A program made the translations under genes and the position numbers. A stretch of 64,000 nt of DNA from a plasmid. Location of the stretch: sequence record NZ_CP016173.1. One strand, 5' to 3'. Positions within the stretch are counted from its first letter, which is position 1. Each line of letters begins with the position of its first letter. The notes beneath the pieces were generated by a model. That model was not told the DNA's origin, ran no database searches, and saw nothing but the letters and a program-made list of their open reading frames with translations. Shown in pieces: positions 44,060 through 53,766 of the stretch.

Positions 44060-44494
44060 TTACTGCTGGACGCTGTACTGCGCAGCGCGCGCGTGAATCC
44101 TGAGTGCCGCTGCTTCCTGTGCTTGTGCCGCCCGTACGGCCTGCCCATAGAGCGCGTCACCGGACATAGATTCATCGCTGTTCCGCGCCATTTCCCACAG
44201 CACGCGCATCACGAAAAGCGCATTACCTTCCGGGTCCAGGCCTTGATCGCGCAGATGGTCGATCACACCCTGGGCCGTATCCTGCAGACCGCTCGCCTGG
44301 AGAAAATCGGCGATGGATCCCAGACCTTTCGGATTCTGACTGGGGTGAATCACGATTGGCGTGATGCGATCCGCGTCGAGCATGTCCCAGTACGTCGAGC
44401 CGTCGCGCCCGACGCAGACGACCTTTCGGCCACCGGCCAGGTCGTCCATTTCAAGGTAAGTACCCGGCTGAAACTTCATCGTTTTCATTGTCAA
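44060..44494 (-). CDS. Hypothetical protein immediately upstream of topB
   Basis: 144-aa ORF. Not SSB-like: no OB-fold signature and no acidic tail. Confidence 0.4.
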   Translation of the reverse strand: MTMKTMKFQPGTYLEMDDLAGGRKVVCVGRDGSTYWDMLDADRITPIVIHPSQNPKGLGSIADFLQASGLQDTAQGVIDHLRDQGLDPEGNALFVMRVLWEMARNSDESMSGDALYGQAVRAAQAQEAAALRIHARAAQYSVQQ

Positions 44495-45980
44495 AATCCT
44501 GATGTCGGTCGGTAGAAATGGTGCTCAAACCACACATTTCTATCATATCAGCAACCATCATAGATGAGTCTTTTTTATTGACTTCGAGGTAATTCTCGAT
44601 CAATTTTGACAAATTTTGATGTCCGAAATGCCGCCCAACATTGGCGCTCCATTCCATGCCTTTCTTAGTCAAATCAAAGGATTGTGTGACAAGTTCGCGT
44701 GTCAGAAATTTGTTCACGTGATCGACCATCGTAGATGGTCGACCCAACCCGTTCTTGCTCATGAAATGCAGCAGCGACTGGGCCGGAGTCCACGCCTGGA
44801 ATCCCGGCGAGATCGGCTCGTTCCACAAGATCGACCCCTTTGCATCCCGTCGATGCCAAGCCAGGCCTTGCGCGGAAGAAGGCAACGTCGAAGTCTGCGC
44901 GGCATTTGGCATTTGCAGCTCACACGGCACGCCGCATTCGATCAAGCGCCTTGTCAGGTGTACAAGCACCCGCTCCTCAAAAGGCAGCAAGGAAAGCTCA
45001 CGGTTCAACGCCAAACCGATGACCATGGGGTTAGGGGCTTCATGCGCATACTCGCCTCCAGGTTCACGCACAGCCGTAAAGAGGCCAGGCACGAATCCGG
45101 CGCCGCTTGCGCGCGCGATCGCGGTAATTCGCCGCACCGCCTCGGGCGTAATCGCACAGTCCCTGGCCCTCGGGTAGGTCATCTGCCCACGCTCGTAGAG
45201 GTCTTGCATAGCGCTTGAGACCTCGGACACCTCACGCCCCGTCGCCAGGCTTGCGGACAACAAAATTTCATCGTGGTTCATCGGACGGCTCGCCATGGTG
45301 CCCTGTTTCACTGAACCCACGGACAGCCGCGCATCAAAGTGCGTGACATCAGGCACCGCCTCACCAGCGAAAATGGGTCTTCTGGCGATCCAATCCCCTT
45401 TCCCATCATCACTTGATGCTGCAAAAGTGACGATGCCCACGACCGGCACCTTCGATTGCAGCTCAAGCAGCAATGAACCCTGCACCCGCCCGACTGCCCC
45501 CTCTTCCCCCGACAGCGACCCGATAAGGCGATCCACAATGCGCCTGGCGTCACCACGGCAAGCCGTCATTTCATCGAATGGCCCGGCCGCAGCCAATGCA
45601 GCCTTCACTTCTGACGGGGCCAGCGATTTCAGCCGCACGCGCAACACCTTTGACCGATCCTTATCAGCGATGCAAAAGCGAAGCACGTCACGGGCGATCA
45701 CGTCCCCCTCTTGGTCGTCATCAGAGGCGAGATACACGTGCTTGGCTGACCTGGCCGCTTGCTCGATCTCCAAAGCGACACACTCGCGGTCGGGCTTCAG
45801 TCGATAGGCCAACTCGCGATACCTATCATCGATACCTATCGGCTTGAAGCCATCGGGATTGGTGCCGATATGCCCCACTGTAGCCAATACGCTGACATCC
45901 CGCATTCCGGCCGCGCGCAGCGCCGCAATCAACGCCTTGCGCTTTCCAGGCGCTTCAATCACAAAGACATTGGCAGGCAT
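44451..45980 (-). CDS. Second, short type IA topoisomerase-like protein (Toprim plus topo IA core only)
   Basis: VFVIEAPGKRKAL (Toprim Glu); YLASDDDQEGDVIARDV (DxD); RRIVDRLIG; LYERGQMTYPRARD (active-site Tyr motif); AHEAPNP. 509 aa. Confidence 0.6.
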   Translation of the reverse strand: MPANVFVIEAPGKRKALIAALRAAGMRDVSVLATVGHIGTNPDGFKPIGIDDRYRELAYRLKPDRECVALEIEQAARSAKHVYLASDDDQEGDVIARDVLRFCIADKDRSKVLRVRLKSLAPSEVKAALAAAGPFDEMTACRGDARRIVDRLIGSLSGEEGAVGRVQGSLLLELQSKVPVVGIVTFAASSDDGKGDWIARRPIFAGEAVPDVTHFDARLSVGSVKQGTMASRPMNHDEILLSASLATGREVSEVSSAMQDLYERGQMTYPRARDCAITPEAVRRITAIARASGAGFVPGLFTAVREPGGEYAHEAPNPMVIGLALNRELSLLPFEERVLVHLTRRLIECGVPCELQMPNAAQTSTLPSSAQGLAWHRRDAKGSILWNEPISPGFQAWTPAQSLLHFMSKNGLGRPSTMVDHVNKFLTRELVTQSFDLTKKGMEWSANVGRHFGHQNLSKLIENYLEVNKKDSSMMVADMIEMCGLSTISTDRHQDFDNENDEVSAGYLP

Positions 45981-45988
45981 AGATTCCC

Positions 45989-47683
45989 TTACATGCTTAG
46001 GGTCGGACGCGACTCATCGGACAGCACGTCGTTCTGTTGGGCCTGGACGGCGCGCCCTATTTCGATGGCGCCGATGACCAGGCCGTTTTCGTCTTCCACT
46101 CCTCTCTCACCAGCCAGCGCTGCCCGTGCCACCAAAGCAGCTACCTCCGATGCTGATCTTCCAGGAGAAAGCCGGATGGAGATCCGCACATCATCGTCTG
46201 CCACAGCTTGCTCCGGCTCTGCAAAAGAAATGGAACCGACCGTGTTTCCGTTGATGTCGCATACGTCAACCTCCTCCCCTGGCGTGCGGTCCATCTGCTC
46301 AGCAACCGCACGAACGATATTGGCAAGCTCATTGCGCATGCCCACGTCCATGAAAGCCGCGGTATCGGGGCGAATCGTGATCACCGCGACGGAAGGCGCA
46401 ACCTCGACCTCGGCGTCCAGCCAACGATCGACCTTCAGGTGCGAGACCTCGGTAACCGCAACCCCTTTGTATTCGCCATGCTTTTTCACCTTGAAGCGTG
46501 CCGCAAAGGTGCGGTCCACAGCTTGAGGCTTGAGCAGATCGTCGGGCGGACTGGAGGTGCGCCATGACAGCCGATTTCCGTTTGAATCCCGGAAATTTAA
46601 ACGCCATTGCAACCCGTACTGGGTATCCCAGCTCGTCACAGAGTGGAACGTGAGCGGTTCATCACGCTTCTGGCCAACCTCACCGACATGAACCGATGGA
46701 ATCTCGGCGTCACGTTCCTTGGCGTGCTGCCGCTGGTGCCCTGCTACCGCGCCCGCCGCAAAGGCCAGATACTTGCTCTTGAGCTCTATGTTTTCGTTTG
46801 AGAACAGGGTCTTTACGTTGCTCGTGAATGAGTCGTCGTTCTCCGATTTCAGCCACCAAGCAATGATCTTATCGGCGTATTGGGCGTGACGCTCGTAGTC
46901 CTGATAGAAGCGATCGCGACGCCTTGCATCCCGTTGAAGCTCTCGATCAAGCCCAGCGGCACGTTCATACGTGGCGAGCACGAAAGCCTCTTTGGCCTTG
47001 GCAGCCGACACAAAGCCCTTATCTACTTCCATGCAGAAGAGAACACGAGCAAGATAACCTTTGACCGGCATCGCGGTCACGCGCCCGGTGTCGGCGCTGA
47101 ACGATTCTTCACCGTAGTCGCTCCAGAACGCATGCATCTGCTGCGTGAAAAGCGCAATGCTCGGATCGACTCCGGCGAAATCTTCCAGGCAGGTAGAGCC
47201 AACTTCTTTGTAATTGCCTTGTCGATCTTTGAGCAAGTAACTGAGCTTCCTGGCACGCTTCGTGTTGCAGTGCTCGCAATTGATTGCGCAGTTAGCATGT
47301 GAGCGCATCACTTCCACGTCATCGGGATCGGTAGAGACGGAGAACAACAAGTTGCCCGCTTCTGTCGCCTCGATCTGACCCACAACGGACCAGTCGCCCA
47401 ACTTGACAATCGGGTAGTCCAACGAAAGGCGATTGACCAGGAATACCGCGCGTCCGAAGGGCGGCTCATCTCCCTCCATGAGCCGGACAATATATGCCTC
47501 GGTACCCGCGCTCGTATCCTGCGTCTTCCAGTAGTAGCGTTGCTGGCTTGTTGCGACCACCTTTATGGGGTCGAGCCCAAAGGCCTCCGCCTTCTTGTTC
47601 AACCGTGCAAGCGAAGACTCGAAATCGTCCATCCCGTGAAGGGGAACAAGGACATCGCTTTGAAGACGCGTAGCCATAGTCAC
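45989..47683 (-). CDS. Large hypothetical protein with a Cys cluster (CAINCEHC) and two C-terminal copies of a roughly 65-aa DINGNxVG repeat domain
   Basis: 564 aa. C-terminal …ITIRPDTAAFMDVGMRNELANIVRAV…VCDINGNTVGSISF matches repeats in the 49516-51717 protein. Confidence 0.5.
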   Translation of the reverse strand: MTMATRLQSDVLVPLHGMDDFESSLARLNKKAEAFGLDPIKVVATSQQRYYWKTQDTSAGTEAYIVRLMEGDEPPFGRAVFLVNRLSLDYPIVKLGDWSVVGQIEATEAGNLLFSVSTDPDDVEVMRSHANCAINCEHCNTKRARKLSYLLKDRQGNYKEVGSTCLEDFAGVDPSIALFTQQMHAFWSDYGEESFSADTGRVTAMPVKGYLARVLFCMEVDKGFVSAAKAKEAFVLATYERAAGLDRELQRDARRRDRFYQDYERHAQYADKIIAWWLKSENDDSFTSNVKTLFSNENIELKSKYLAFAAGAVAGHQRQHAKERDAEIPSVHVGEVGQKRDEPLTFHSVTSWDTQYGLQWRLNFRDSNGNRLSWRTSSPPDDLLKPQAVDRTFAARFKVKKHGEYKGVAVTEVSHLKVDRWLDAEVEVAPSVAVITIRPDTAAFMDVGMRNELANIVRAVAEQMDRTPGEEVDVCDINGNTVGSISFAEPEQAVADDDVRISIRLSPGRSASEVAALVARAALAGERGVEDENGLVIGAIEIGRAVQAQQNDVLSDESRPTLSM

Positions 47684-48513
47684 GGCTCCAGCCCGCGTGC
47701 GTCCAAATCAATTTCATTGCCATCCGCATCAGTGATGAATAGCTCCTTGTCATCACTCCCTGCGTAGTCGCCGAACCATGCTTTGCGGTAAACACCTATC
47801 GCATCGCCTCCGGCATCGCGAACATAGAACTCCTTGGTAAGGAATCCATCCAGCTCGACCCAACCCGTCAGAGACACATCGGGATAAAGCGCGCCATGCT
47901 CGTTCTTATCCCGGTTCCACGCTGCGATCTCGGCTTCCGACAGGATCTCCAAGCCGAGAGCTCGAAGCCGCCGCTCCGCTTCGTCCACACGAGCCGACAC
48001 ATCGTCCGGGCCCACGCTGGCGTGCTGCCCAAGCGCGGTGGCCGGGCGTACATCATCAAGCGTCAATCCGCATGCGCGCGCCGACTTCACATACTCGATG
48101 CAGAAATGGGACAACATCACGCTACCGAACACCCGCGTGATCTCCGAATCGGCCAAGCTCGCGATATCCTGAGTCCTCATCGTCTCAATCAACTGATCAA
48201 GCCATTTCGGATCATCCCCGCCCTGGGCGAGCCGATTTTTTATGCCATTAATGCGTTCGTACCGATCGACCTGAGGGCTCTTCTGCAATTCCGGCACGCG
48301 ATACTTCATCAGCCATTCCGGGCCGAGCGTGTTGCGCACCCGCTGCAACGCCGCCGAGTGCTCCTCTGTCATTCCGGGATAACGGGCTCGCTCCCAGCAA
48401 TCTCGCAGCGCGGATTTCCAGTTTCGGCCGTTCTTGTCGCGAAAGGTCGCCAGCGCTTCCTCCTGCAAAGGCGTCAGCGCTTCTACCTCGTGGGATTTCG
48501 GGTGCTCGGCCAT
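47680..48513 (-). CDS. Hypothetical protein, paralog of the 48521-49477 gene
   Basis: 277 aa. Shares DPKWLDQLIETMRTQDIASLADSEITRVFGSVMLSHFCIEYVKSARACGLTLDDV with its neighbour. Confidence 0.5.
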   Translation of the reverse strand: MAEHPKSHEVEALTPLQEEALATFRDKNGRNWKSALRDCWERARYPGMTEEHSAALQRVRNTLGPEWLMKYRVPELQKSPQVDRYERINGIKNRLAQGGDDPKWLDQLIETMRTQDIASLADSEITRVFGSVMLSHFCIEYVKSARACGLTLDDVRPATALGQHASVGPDDVSARVDEAERRLRALGLEILSEAEIAAWNRDKNEHGALYPDVSLTGWVELDGFLTKEFYVRDAGGDAIGVYRKAWFGDYAGSDDKELFITDADGNEIDLDARGLEP

Positions 48514-48520
48514 ACGTCAC

Positions 48521-49477
48521 CTACATCGGGCTCGGGGCATCGTCGTCTGCACGATTGCCGTTCTTCTTGGCCGCTTCCACGGCCTCCTCCACGCTGCCGA
48601 CTGAAGAAAGAAAATCGCGCATGTCTTGTGTGATCGTCAGTTGATCCGATTCGCGTACCCACTCACCCTTCCCACGAATGGTCACATAATCGGTACTCCA
48701 GCCGTCGGTGATGGCAATATGCCCGTTCGGCATTTGGGCGACATAGCTTTCGCAAGACGGCGACGTGTACAGGACGAGCTCGCCACTTTCATCGCGCAGC
48801 CCATTCCGTGCCTCACCGCTGCTAACAACCAGCTCATCTTCGATGTCGCGATCCAGCGCTGTGAGAGGATAAAGGTCATCGAGGATCAAGCCACACTGGC
48901 GCGCAGCTTTCGCATACTCAATGCAGAATCCTGACAGCACAACTTGGTCAAATACGCGCTCGATTTCCGCATCATCCAGGCTCGTAATTTTCTCGGCCTG
49001 CATCTTTCCCAAGATCCCATCCAGCCATCGGGGATCCTGGCCATTGGTGGCGAGCCGCTCCTTCAGGTCTTCTTTCCAATTGAGCGCATCGAGCAGGGCA
49101 TCGCCATCGATGGCTTCGAGCATTTCGGCGCTTACGGAAATCCCCCAACTGCCGTCCATCCGATTCGCATGCCCGGACGCGAGGCGCAAATTCACGGTGG
49201 TCGCACGGGGGTCGAATCCGAACTCCACGTCTTGGATCAGTGCGAAGTTGCCGCTCTCAATCGTCACGCGGTTCACTTCTTGCAGCAGCTCCCGTACGTG
49301 AGCGCGCGCCATCTCTTTCGCGATATCCAACCGATCCTGGTCGTACCCGCCCTCTGAAGCCATTACGGCCAGCTTCGTATGCCTTTCAGCCAAGTAGGCG
49401 AGCCGTACAGAAAAATTGTGCGCGTCGGCATTCTTCATGCCGCGCTCCTGAAGGCGCAAGGCCAAATCACGATCCAT
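48521..49477 (-). CDS. Hypothetical protein, paralog of the 47680-48513 gene
   Basis: 318 aa. DPRWLDGILGKMQAEKITSLDDAEIERVFDQVVLSGFCIEYAKAARQCGLILDDL aligns with its neighbour. Confidence 0.5.
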   Translation of the reverse strand: MDRDLALRLQERGMKNADAHNFSVRLAYLAERHTKLAVMASEGGYDQDRLDIAKEMARAHVRELLQEVNRVTIESGNFALIQDVEFGFDPRATTVNLRLASGHANRMDGSWGISVSAEMLEAIDGDALLDALNWKEDLKERLATNGQDPRWLDGILGKMQAEKITSLDDAEIERVFDQVVLSGFCIEYAKAARQCGLILDDLYPLTALDRDIEDELVVSSGEARNGLRDESGELVLYTSPSCESYVAQMPNGHIAITDGWSTDYVTIRGKGEWVRESDQLTITQDMRDFLSSVGSVEEAVEAAKKNGNRADDDAPSPM

Positions 49478-49515
49478 GTTGTTTCCTCTCGGCTTCCGGC
49501 AAGGATGATGGTTAA

Positions 49516-51717
49516 TTACGCTAGTTCAGGCGCATCGCCACTCATGCGGCGCTCGTACTCTTCGAAGGAGACACGCCCCAGCACGACATCTTCAAGCGAT
49601 TTAAATTGGTCGCCACTGAGCTTGTCGAACTGGTTTTCTCGCACTATCTGCGGCTCTTCATAGCCGTTGGCGACCTCGCCCTTGGCGTTCACAAGCCACA
49701 CCTCGCCCTCGCCCTGCCCGTATCCTGGCTCGAAATCGGGCGCAGTCACCACGTACCGATACTCGTCTTCGGCAATGCCCGAGTAGCCATCTTCGGCGAG
49801 ATAGACCCGGCCCTCGGCAAGGGCCTTTCTCATGTCAATCACGCCATCTTGCTCCAACGACGGCGCGGCCTGGTACAGGTAGGAGCCGACGACATTGCCA
49901 TTGATATCAGTCAGCGGAAAATCATCTTTCCCACTACGGACTGTCGAGGCAGCGTCCCGCAGGATGCGGGCCACTTCACTTGCAGCATCGTTTTCGAATG
50001 CCGCATTGCCAGTCTCGATAACAACTCGCACCGCTCCATCCTGCAAGGGTCCGTCTGGGAGCTTGTCCGCGACATCCATGCAGCCAACGCGATTGCCATT
50101 GATGTCGTATAGCTTGAAGTCGGCGCCCCAAAGGCCTGGCAGCGATTTGATCTTGTCGCCGGCATTTTGGATGATGCGAGCAACCTCTTCATTGCGTCCC
50201 GTATCGACAAAAGCGGCATTGCCCGTATCTTCGATCAAGAGCGTCACATACAGCTTTTTCATTTGAAAATCCTCCCAAAACCGTTCGTCGCTCAGTTCCC
50301 GCACGCGCTTTTCATCCAGGGGCACCCAAAGCGGTTGACCCCGAAGATCAATCTTGATGGTGCGGTCATGCGGATCGTCGTGGAAGGTCAGACCATCCAC
50401 ACCAGGCAAGTCACCAAATAGCGCCTTTACGCTCGCCTCGATTGTGCAAATGGCATGGTCCTCCTTACTACTGAGCCCCCCTTCGTGAGCGCTCAGCCGC
50501 GCCAAAATGCAATGTTGCGCCGCGAGCTCTCGCATCTGCTCCTGCAATTGCAACGCGGCCGAGAGCGATAGCCCAGTCCCTTCGCGCAGCGCCTCCACGA
50601 ATTGCCGCTGATTCTCTGCGAGGTTTGCCATCCGCGCGGCATCGCCGACCGCTTGTATCTGCCCGATCAACTCAAGAGACTCGTCACATTGCTCTTGGGC
50701 ATACTCTTGGAAGTCGCATACAACAAACGGCCCTTCTTCCGGGCACGCTTTCATGAGCTCCGCCATCGCATATTCGGCTCCTGTCTTGGAGAGAAGGGTC
50801 ACGCCCTCGAAGTCGGGGTCCGGCAATTTCAGGCTTAGGGATGTCTTACCGTTCGCATATAGTCTGCCAAACGCGCGGCCATGCTTATCCAGCACGATAA
50901 GGCGGTTCGTGGTGAGTACGTTGGGAGGCCGGTTGGCGGCTTCTTGCCACGCATTTGCGTGCTGTCGCAGTGTGGCGATGGTCTCAGTGCGAAGGTCTTC
51001 GGTGTCCTTCACCACGAGCGTCTCGCCGTCCATGTCGAAGGAAAGCTGGACGGTCTCTCCAAGCTGATTTTTCACCTGCACATGCTTATGGCTCTCGACT
51101 AGCTCCGCCAATTGATCCTCTGGGACGTTGGCGCCATGGGCGGTCAAGCCGTCTTCATCCCGCGTCGTCTGCACCACCACCGGCTTTCCGTCCACCAGCC
51201 AGAAGCCGTCTTTGCCTTGCGAGATCTCCATACGAATTCCTTGCTCGTTCATAAAATAAGCGCGCACCTGCGCTGACTCTTCGGGCGACAACCGGCGAAC
51301 ATTCTGGATGTCCCAGACAAAGACGCTTGAAGGCGAAGCCCAATCGTCGTTCTCCCATACTTGGATCCCCCCGTACCCAAGCTGCCGCGCCGCTTGAGGA
51401 AGCGGAAGCTCGTCGGCCAGGAAGTAGTCCACGAAAGGCTTTCCGCGCTGCGCGGATTCCAGCGCTTCGGTCAGTCTCTCGCGATCCTGCTCAAACAATC
51501 CTGGGTGCTCCAACGCCCTGGTCAGAATCGACTCGGCGACATCTTTGTCTGTGGTGTCCGCTATGCGTACCTGACCCAGGTCATAGACCTCGACGCCGGC
51601 GTTGGTCGGATCGAAATAGGTGCTACTTCCCTGCGTGGAAAAATAGGCACCATTGGGGCCTATATCGCCGCGCCTGACGCCCAGCAGACCCACAGAACGT
51701 GGAAGTTCAAAAGCCAT
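49516..51717 (-). CDS. Large hypothetical protein with two tandem DINGNxVG repeat domains
   Basis: 733 aa. Repeats …IEDTGNAAFVDTGRNEEVARIIQNAGDKIKSLPGLWGADFKLYDINGNRVGCMDV and …IETGNAAFENDAASEVARILRDAASTVRSGKDDFPLTDINGNVVGSYLY. Confidence 0.5.
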   Translation of the reverse strand: MAFELPRSVGLLGVRRGDIGPNGAYFSTQGSSTYFDPTNAGVEVYDLGQVRIADTTDKDVAESILTRALEHPGLFEQDRERLTEALESAQRGKPFVDYFLADELPLPQAARQLGYGGIQVWENDDWASPSSVFVWDIQNVRRLSPEESAQVRAYFMNEQGIRMEISQGKDGFWLVDGKPVVVQTTRDEDGLTAHGANVPEDQLAELVESHKHVQVKNQLGETVQLSFDMDGETLVVKDTEDLRTETIATLRQHANAWQEAANRPPNVLTTNRLIVLDKHGRAFGRLYANGKTSLSLKLPDPDFEGVTLLSKTGAEYAMAELMKACPEEGPFVVCDFQEYAQEQCDESLELIGQIQAVGDAARMANLAENQRQFVEALREGTGLSLSAALQLQEQMRELAAQHCILARLSAHEGGLSSKEDHAICTIEASVKALFGDLPGVDGLTFHDDPHDRTIKIDLRGQPLWVPLDEKRVRELSDERFWEDFQMKKLYVTLLIEDTGNAAFVDTGRNEEVARIIQNAGDKIKSLPGLWGADFKLYDINGNRVGCMDVADKLPDGPLQDGAVRVVIETGNAAFENDAASEVARILRDAASTVRSGKDDFPLTDINGNVVGSYLYQAAPSLEQDGVIDMRKALAEGRVYLAEDGYSGIAEDEYRYVVTAPDFEPGYGQGEGEVWLVNAKGEVANGYEEPQIVRENQFDKLSGDQFKSLEDVVLGRVSFEEYERRMSGDAPELA

Positions 51718-51721
51718 CGCG

Positions 51722-52162
51722 TCACTGCATCACAGATGCCGACGTGCCGCCCAGATAGCTGGCATATAGCCGGAGCACATCATCCAGGCGCCGCAAGCTG
51801 CTTTCGTCCACCTTCGCGTCGAAGTTGTAGTCCATATCGGCTTCTGACACCACATTGAGCAACACTTCCTCGTCATCGAGCACCACCGTCGCGTAGAGGA
51901 CGTTGCGCGCTTCATCCCCTTCGCGCTGGAGCAGCCCGAACTCGATGACGTTATCTCGATGGCTCAGGGTCGCCGAGAGACTGGACTCATCCGGCGAACG
52001 GCGGACCACCCATTGACGTCCGAACTCCCGCACACCGTCGGGGCGCACGATCACCTCTTCGTCTTTCTCCTCGCCTGGTCCAGGCAGCGAGCTCATAAAC
52101 GACAGGACGTGCTCCCGCACCATCCGGCAGGTTGCTGCGGTCATGTTGATGCTCCTTCGCAA
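51722..52162 (-). CDS. Hypothetical acidic protein
   Basis: 146-aa ORF; the start may be the internal Met at about 52144. 4 nt upstream of the 733-aa gene. Confidence 0.4.
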   Translation of the reverse strand: MRRSINMTAATCRMVREHVLSFMSSLPGPGEEKDEEVIVRPDGVREFGRQWVVRRSPDESSLSATLSHRDNVIEFGLLQREGDEARNVLYATVVLDDEEVLLNVVSEADMDYNFDAKVDESSLRRLDDVLRLYASYLGGTSASVMQ

Positions 52163-52695
52163 AAAAGGCGCGACCCGTCAAAGACGAGTGCCGCGCCCGA
52201 TTGATGTTCCAGTTTGGCGATCGCAACATCCAACGGATGCCCTTCAAGCCATGATGATCGCTGGTGATAAAGCCGCACGAAAGCGGCCAACCCGTCCAGG
52301 GTGTCGAACTGTTGCGCCCGCGACGCTCCCAAGCTCACCAGCTCGATAGGTAGGCCAAGGTCGAACAGGTAACGCACCGTCTGCTGCGGCGCGCGCGCTT
52401 GTATTTCAGCGTGAGTTTCCCCAAGTACTGTGGGCTGCATTTCAGCGGTCACCACAAGGAGGCGACTCGTATCCGCGCACATTGATCGCGCGAAAGTCCC
52501 GGCCACAAGGTGCCCGCCTGCGCAGGCAAAGGCTCGTGTACGGCACAAGGCCTTCCCCAGCCCTGCCGCCTCGTACTCGGGCAAGGCAAGCTCAACGATT
52601 GGGGTGCCAGGCAGCGTGGGCAAGTTTTGGCCAGGCGGAATCCAGGCCGACATCGCCTTCGCGCTTAGTTGTGGGCCAAGCAGATCCGTTCCCAT
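52141..52695 (-). CDS. Hypothetical protein (first gene of the 11-kb minus-strand operon)
   Basis: 184-aa ORF. Preceded by an AT-rich region with TTGACG/TTGACA hexamers (52700-52800). Confidence 0.4.
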   Translation of the reverse strand: MGTDLLGPQLSAKAMSAWIPPGQNLPTLPGTPIVELALPEYEAAGLGKALCRTRAFACAGGHLVAGTFARSMCADTSRLLVVTAEMQPTVLGETHAEIQARAPQQTVRYLFDLGLPIELVSLGASRAQQFDTLDGLAAFVRLYHQRSSWLEGHPLDVAIAKLEHQSGAALVFDGSRLFCEGAST

Positions 52696-52801
52696 GAGCC
52701 ACCATTTCTTAGCATGGCCGCATGTTAACTCACATGGACATCAAAAAACAATTTTTTTGACGGGTCAGATTGACACACTACCGACGAGGCCCCGCCGTTT
52801 T

Positions 52802-53083
52802 TTAGAATAGCAGCGGGCCAGCAACCCACACCAAGGCATAAAGCGCACCCCCACCACAATATATGTGCTGGGGGTCTCCCTCCGGCTCAGCGCTCACTGC
52901 GAACAGCACGGCAAGCAGCGACGTGCCCACGCCAAAGAGCGCGGCTGGCAGATTCATGTTCATCCTTGATTCGACGGTGGGTGGCCCCGCATAACGTCCG
53001 CTTGTCCGGACGCTATGGTTCAAACTCCTGACGCTCAGCAGGAGCGATATCCCACACGTCATCGAGCACGGCTGTCGATGCAA
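52802..53083 (-). CDS. Small membrane peptide
   Basis: ORF of 93 aa; the likely start is the internal MNMNLPAALFGVGTSLLAVLFAV, giving about 53 aa with two hydrophobic segments. Confidence 0.3.
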   Translation of the reverse strand: MHRQPCSMTCGISLLLSVRSLNHSVRTSGRYAGPPTVESRMNMNLPAALFGVGTSLLAVLFAVSAEPEGDPQHIYCGGGALYALVWVAGPLLF

Positions 53084-53759
53084 GCGTTTCCTCGGCGTTC
53101 ATGACGTGGGTCTGCGGCGCCCGATCAATCGCCTCTACTGTGCGCCATAGCTGTTTTCCCAGAGCTGCGGAAACGCTATCCTGGCCCGCTGAGCCGATGG
53201 CTCTCACACCAGCGCTGATGAGCGTCTCCGCGCGGCAACCCGCTTCGACGCCAAGTGCGGCCTCTACGGTTTCTATCGTCCGCGATGCACGCGCAAGCAC
53301 CGCGTAGGTGTGCCCGGCCAGCCAACCCACATCTGGCGTATGCCCCACTTGGACCGATTGCTCTAGATGCTGCGCAACATCGCGTAGATAGGTTTCGTAA
53401 TCCACGATGGCGCCATTAAGGAACACGGCGGCCGCACCGGCATAGCCTCGCACGCCAGTGGTTTCGTCACCCTCTTCCTTCAGGCGAGCATAAAGCTCCA
53501 GAACGGCCGCTATAACTGCACTGCGCTTGCGCGAGCTGCGCTCTTCCGGATCCTCGCTATCCCCGTTTGCCGCCGTGAATGCCTCTGCGAGCCTATCGCG
53601 GCATTCGGCGAGCACCCGCATCACATAGCCGTCCTGAGCAAAGAGCAATACATCCCGATCAAACGCCCCGCTACGTTCCGCGTCCTGCAGGTCCGCGATC
53701 ACAAGCTCCTTTAGGAAGGGCTGGTAAACGGGGGTAGGACATTTGCGATCCGGTTCCAT
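53013..53759 (-). CDS. Hypothetical protein
   Basis: 248-aa ORF. Confidence 0.45.
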   Translation of the reverse strand: MEPDRKCPTPVYQPFLKELVIADLQDAERSGAFDRDVLLFAQDGYVMRVLAECRDRLAEAFTAANGDSEDPEERSSRKRSAVIAAVLELYARLKEEGDETTGVRGYAGAAAVFLNGAIVDYETYLRDVAQHLEQSVQVGHTPDVGWLAGHTYAVLARASRTIETVEAALGVEAGCRAETLISAGVRAIGSAGQDSVSAALGKQLWRTVEAIDRAPQTHVMNAEETLASTAVLDDVWDIAPAERQEFEP

Positions 53760-53766
53760 GTCCCCT

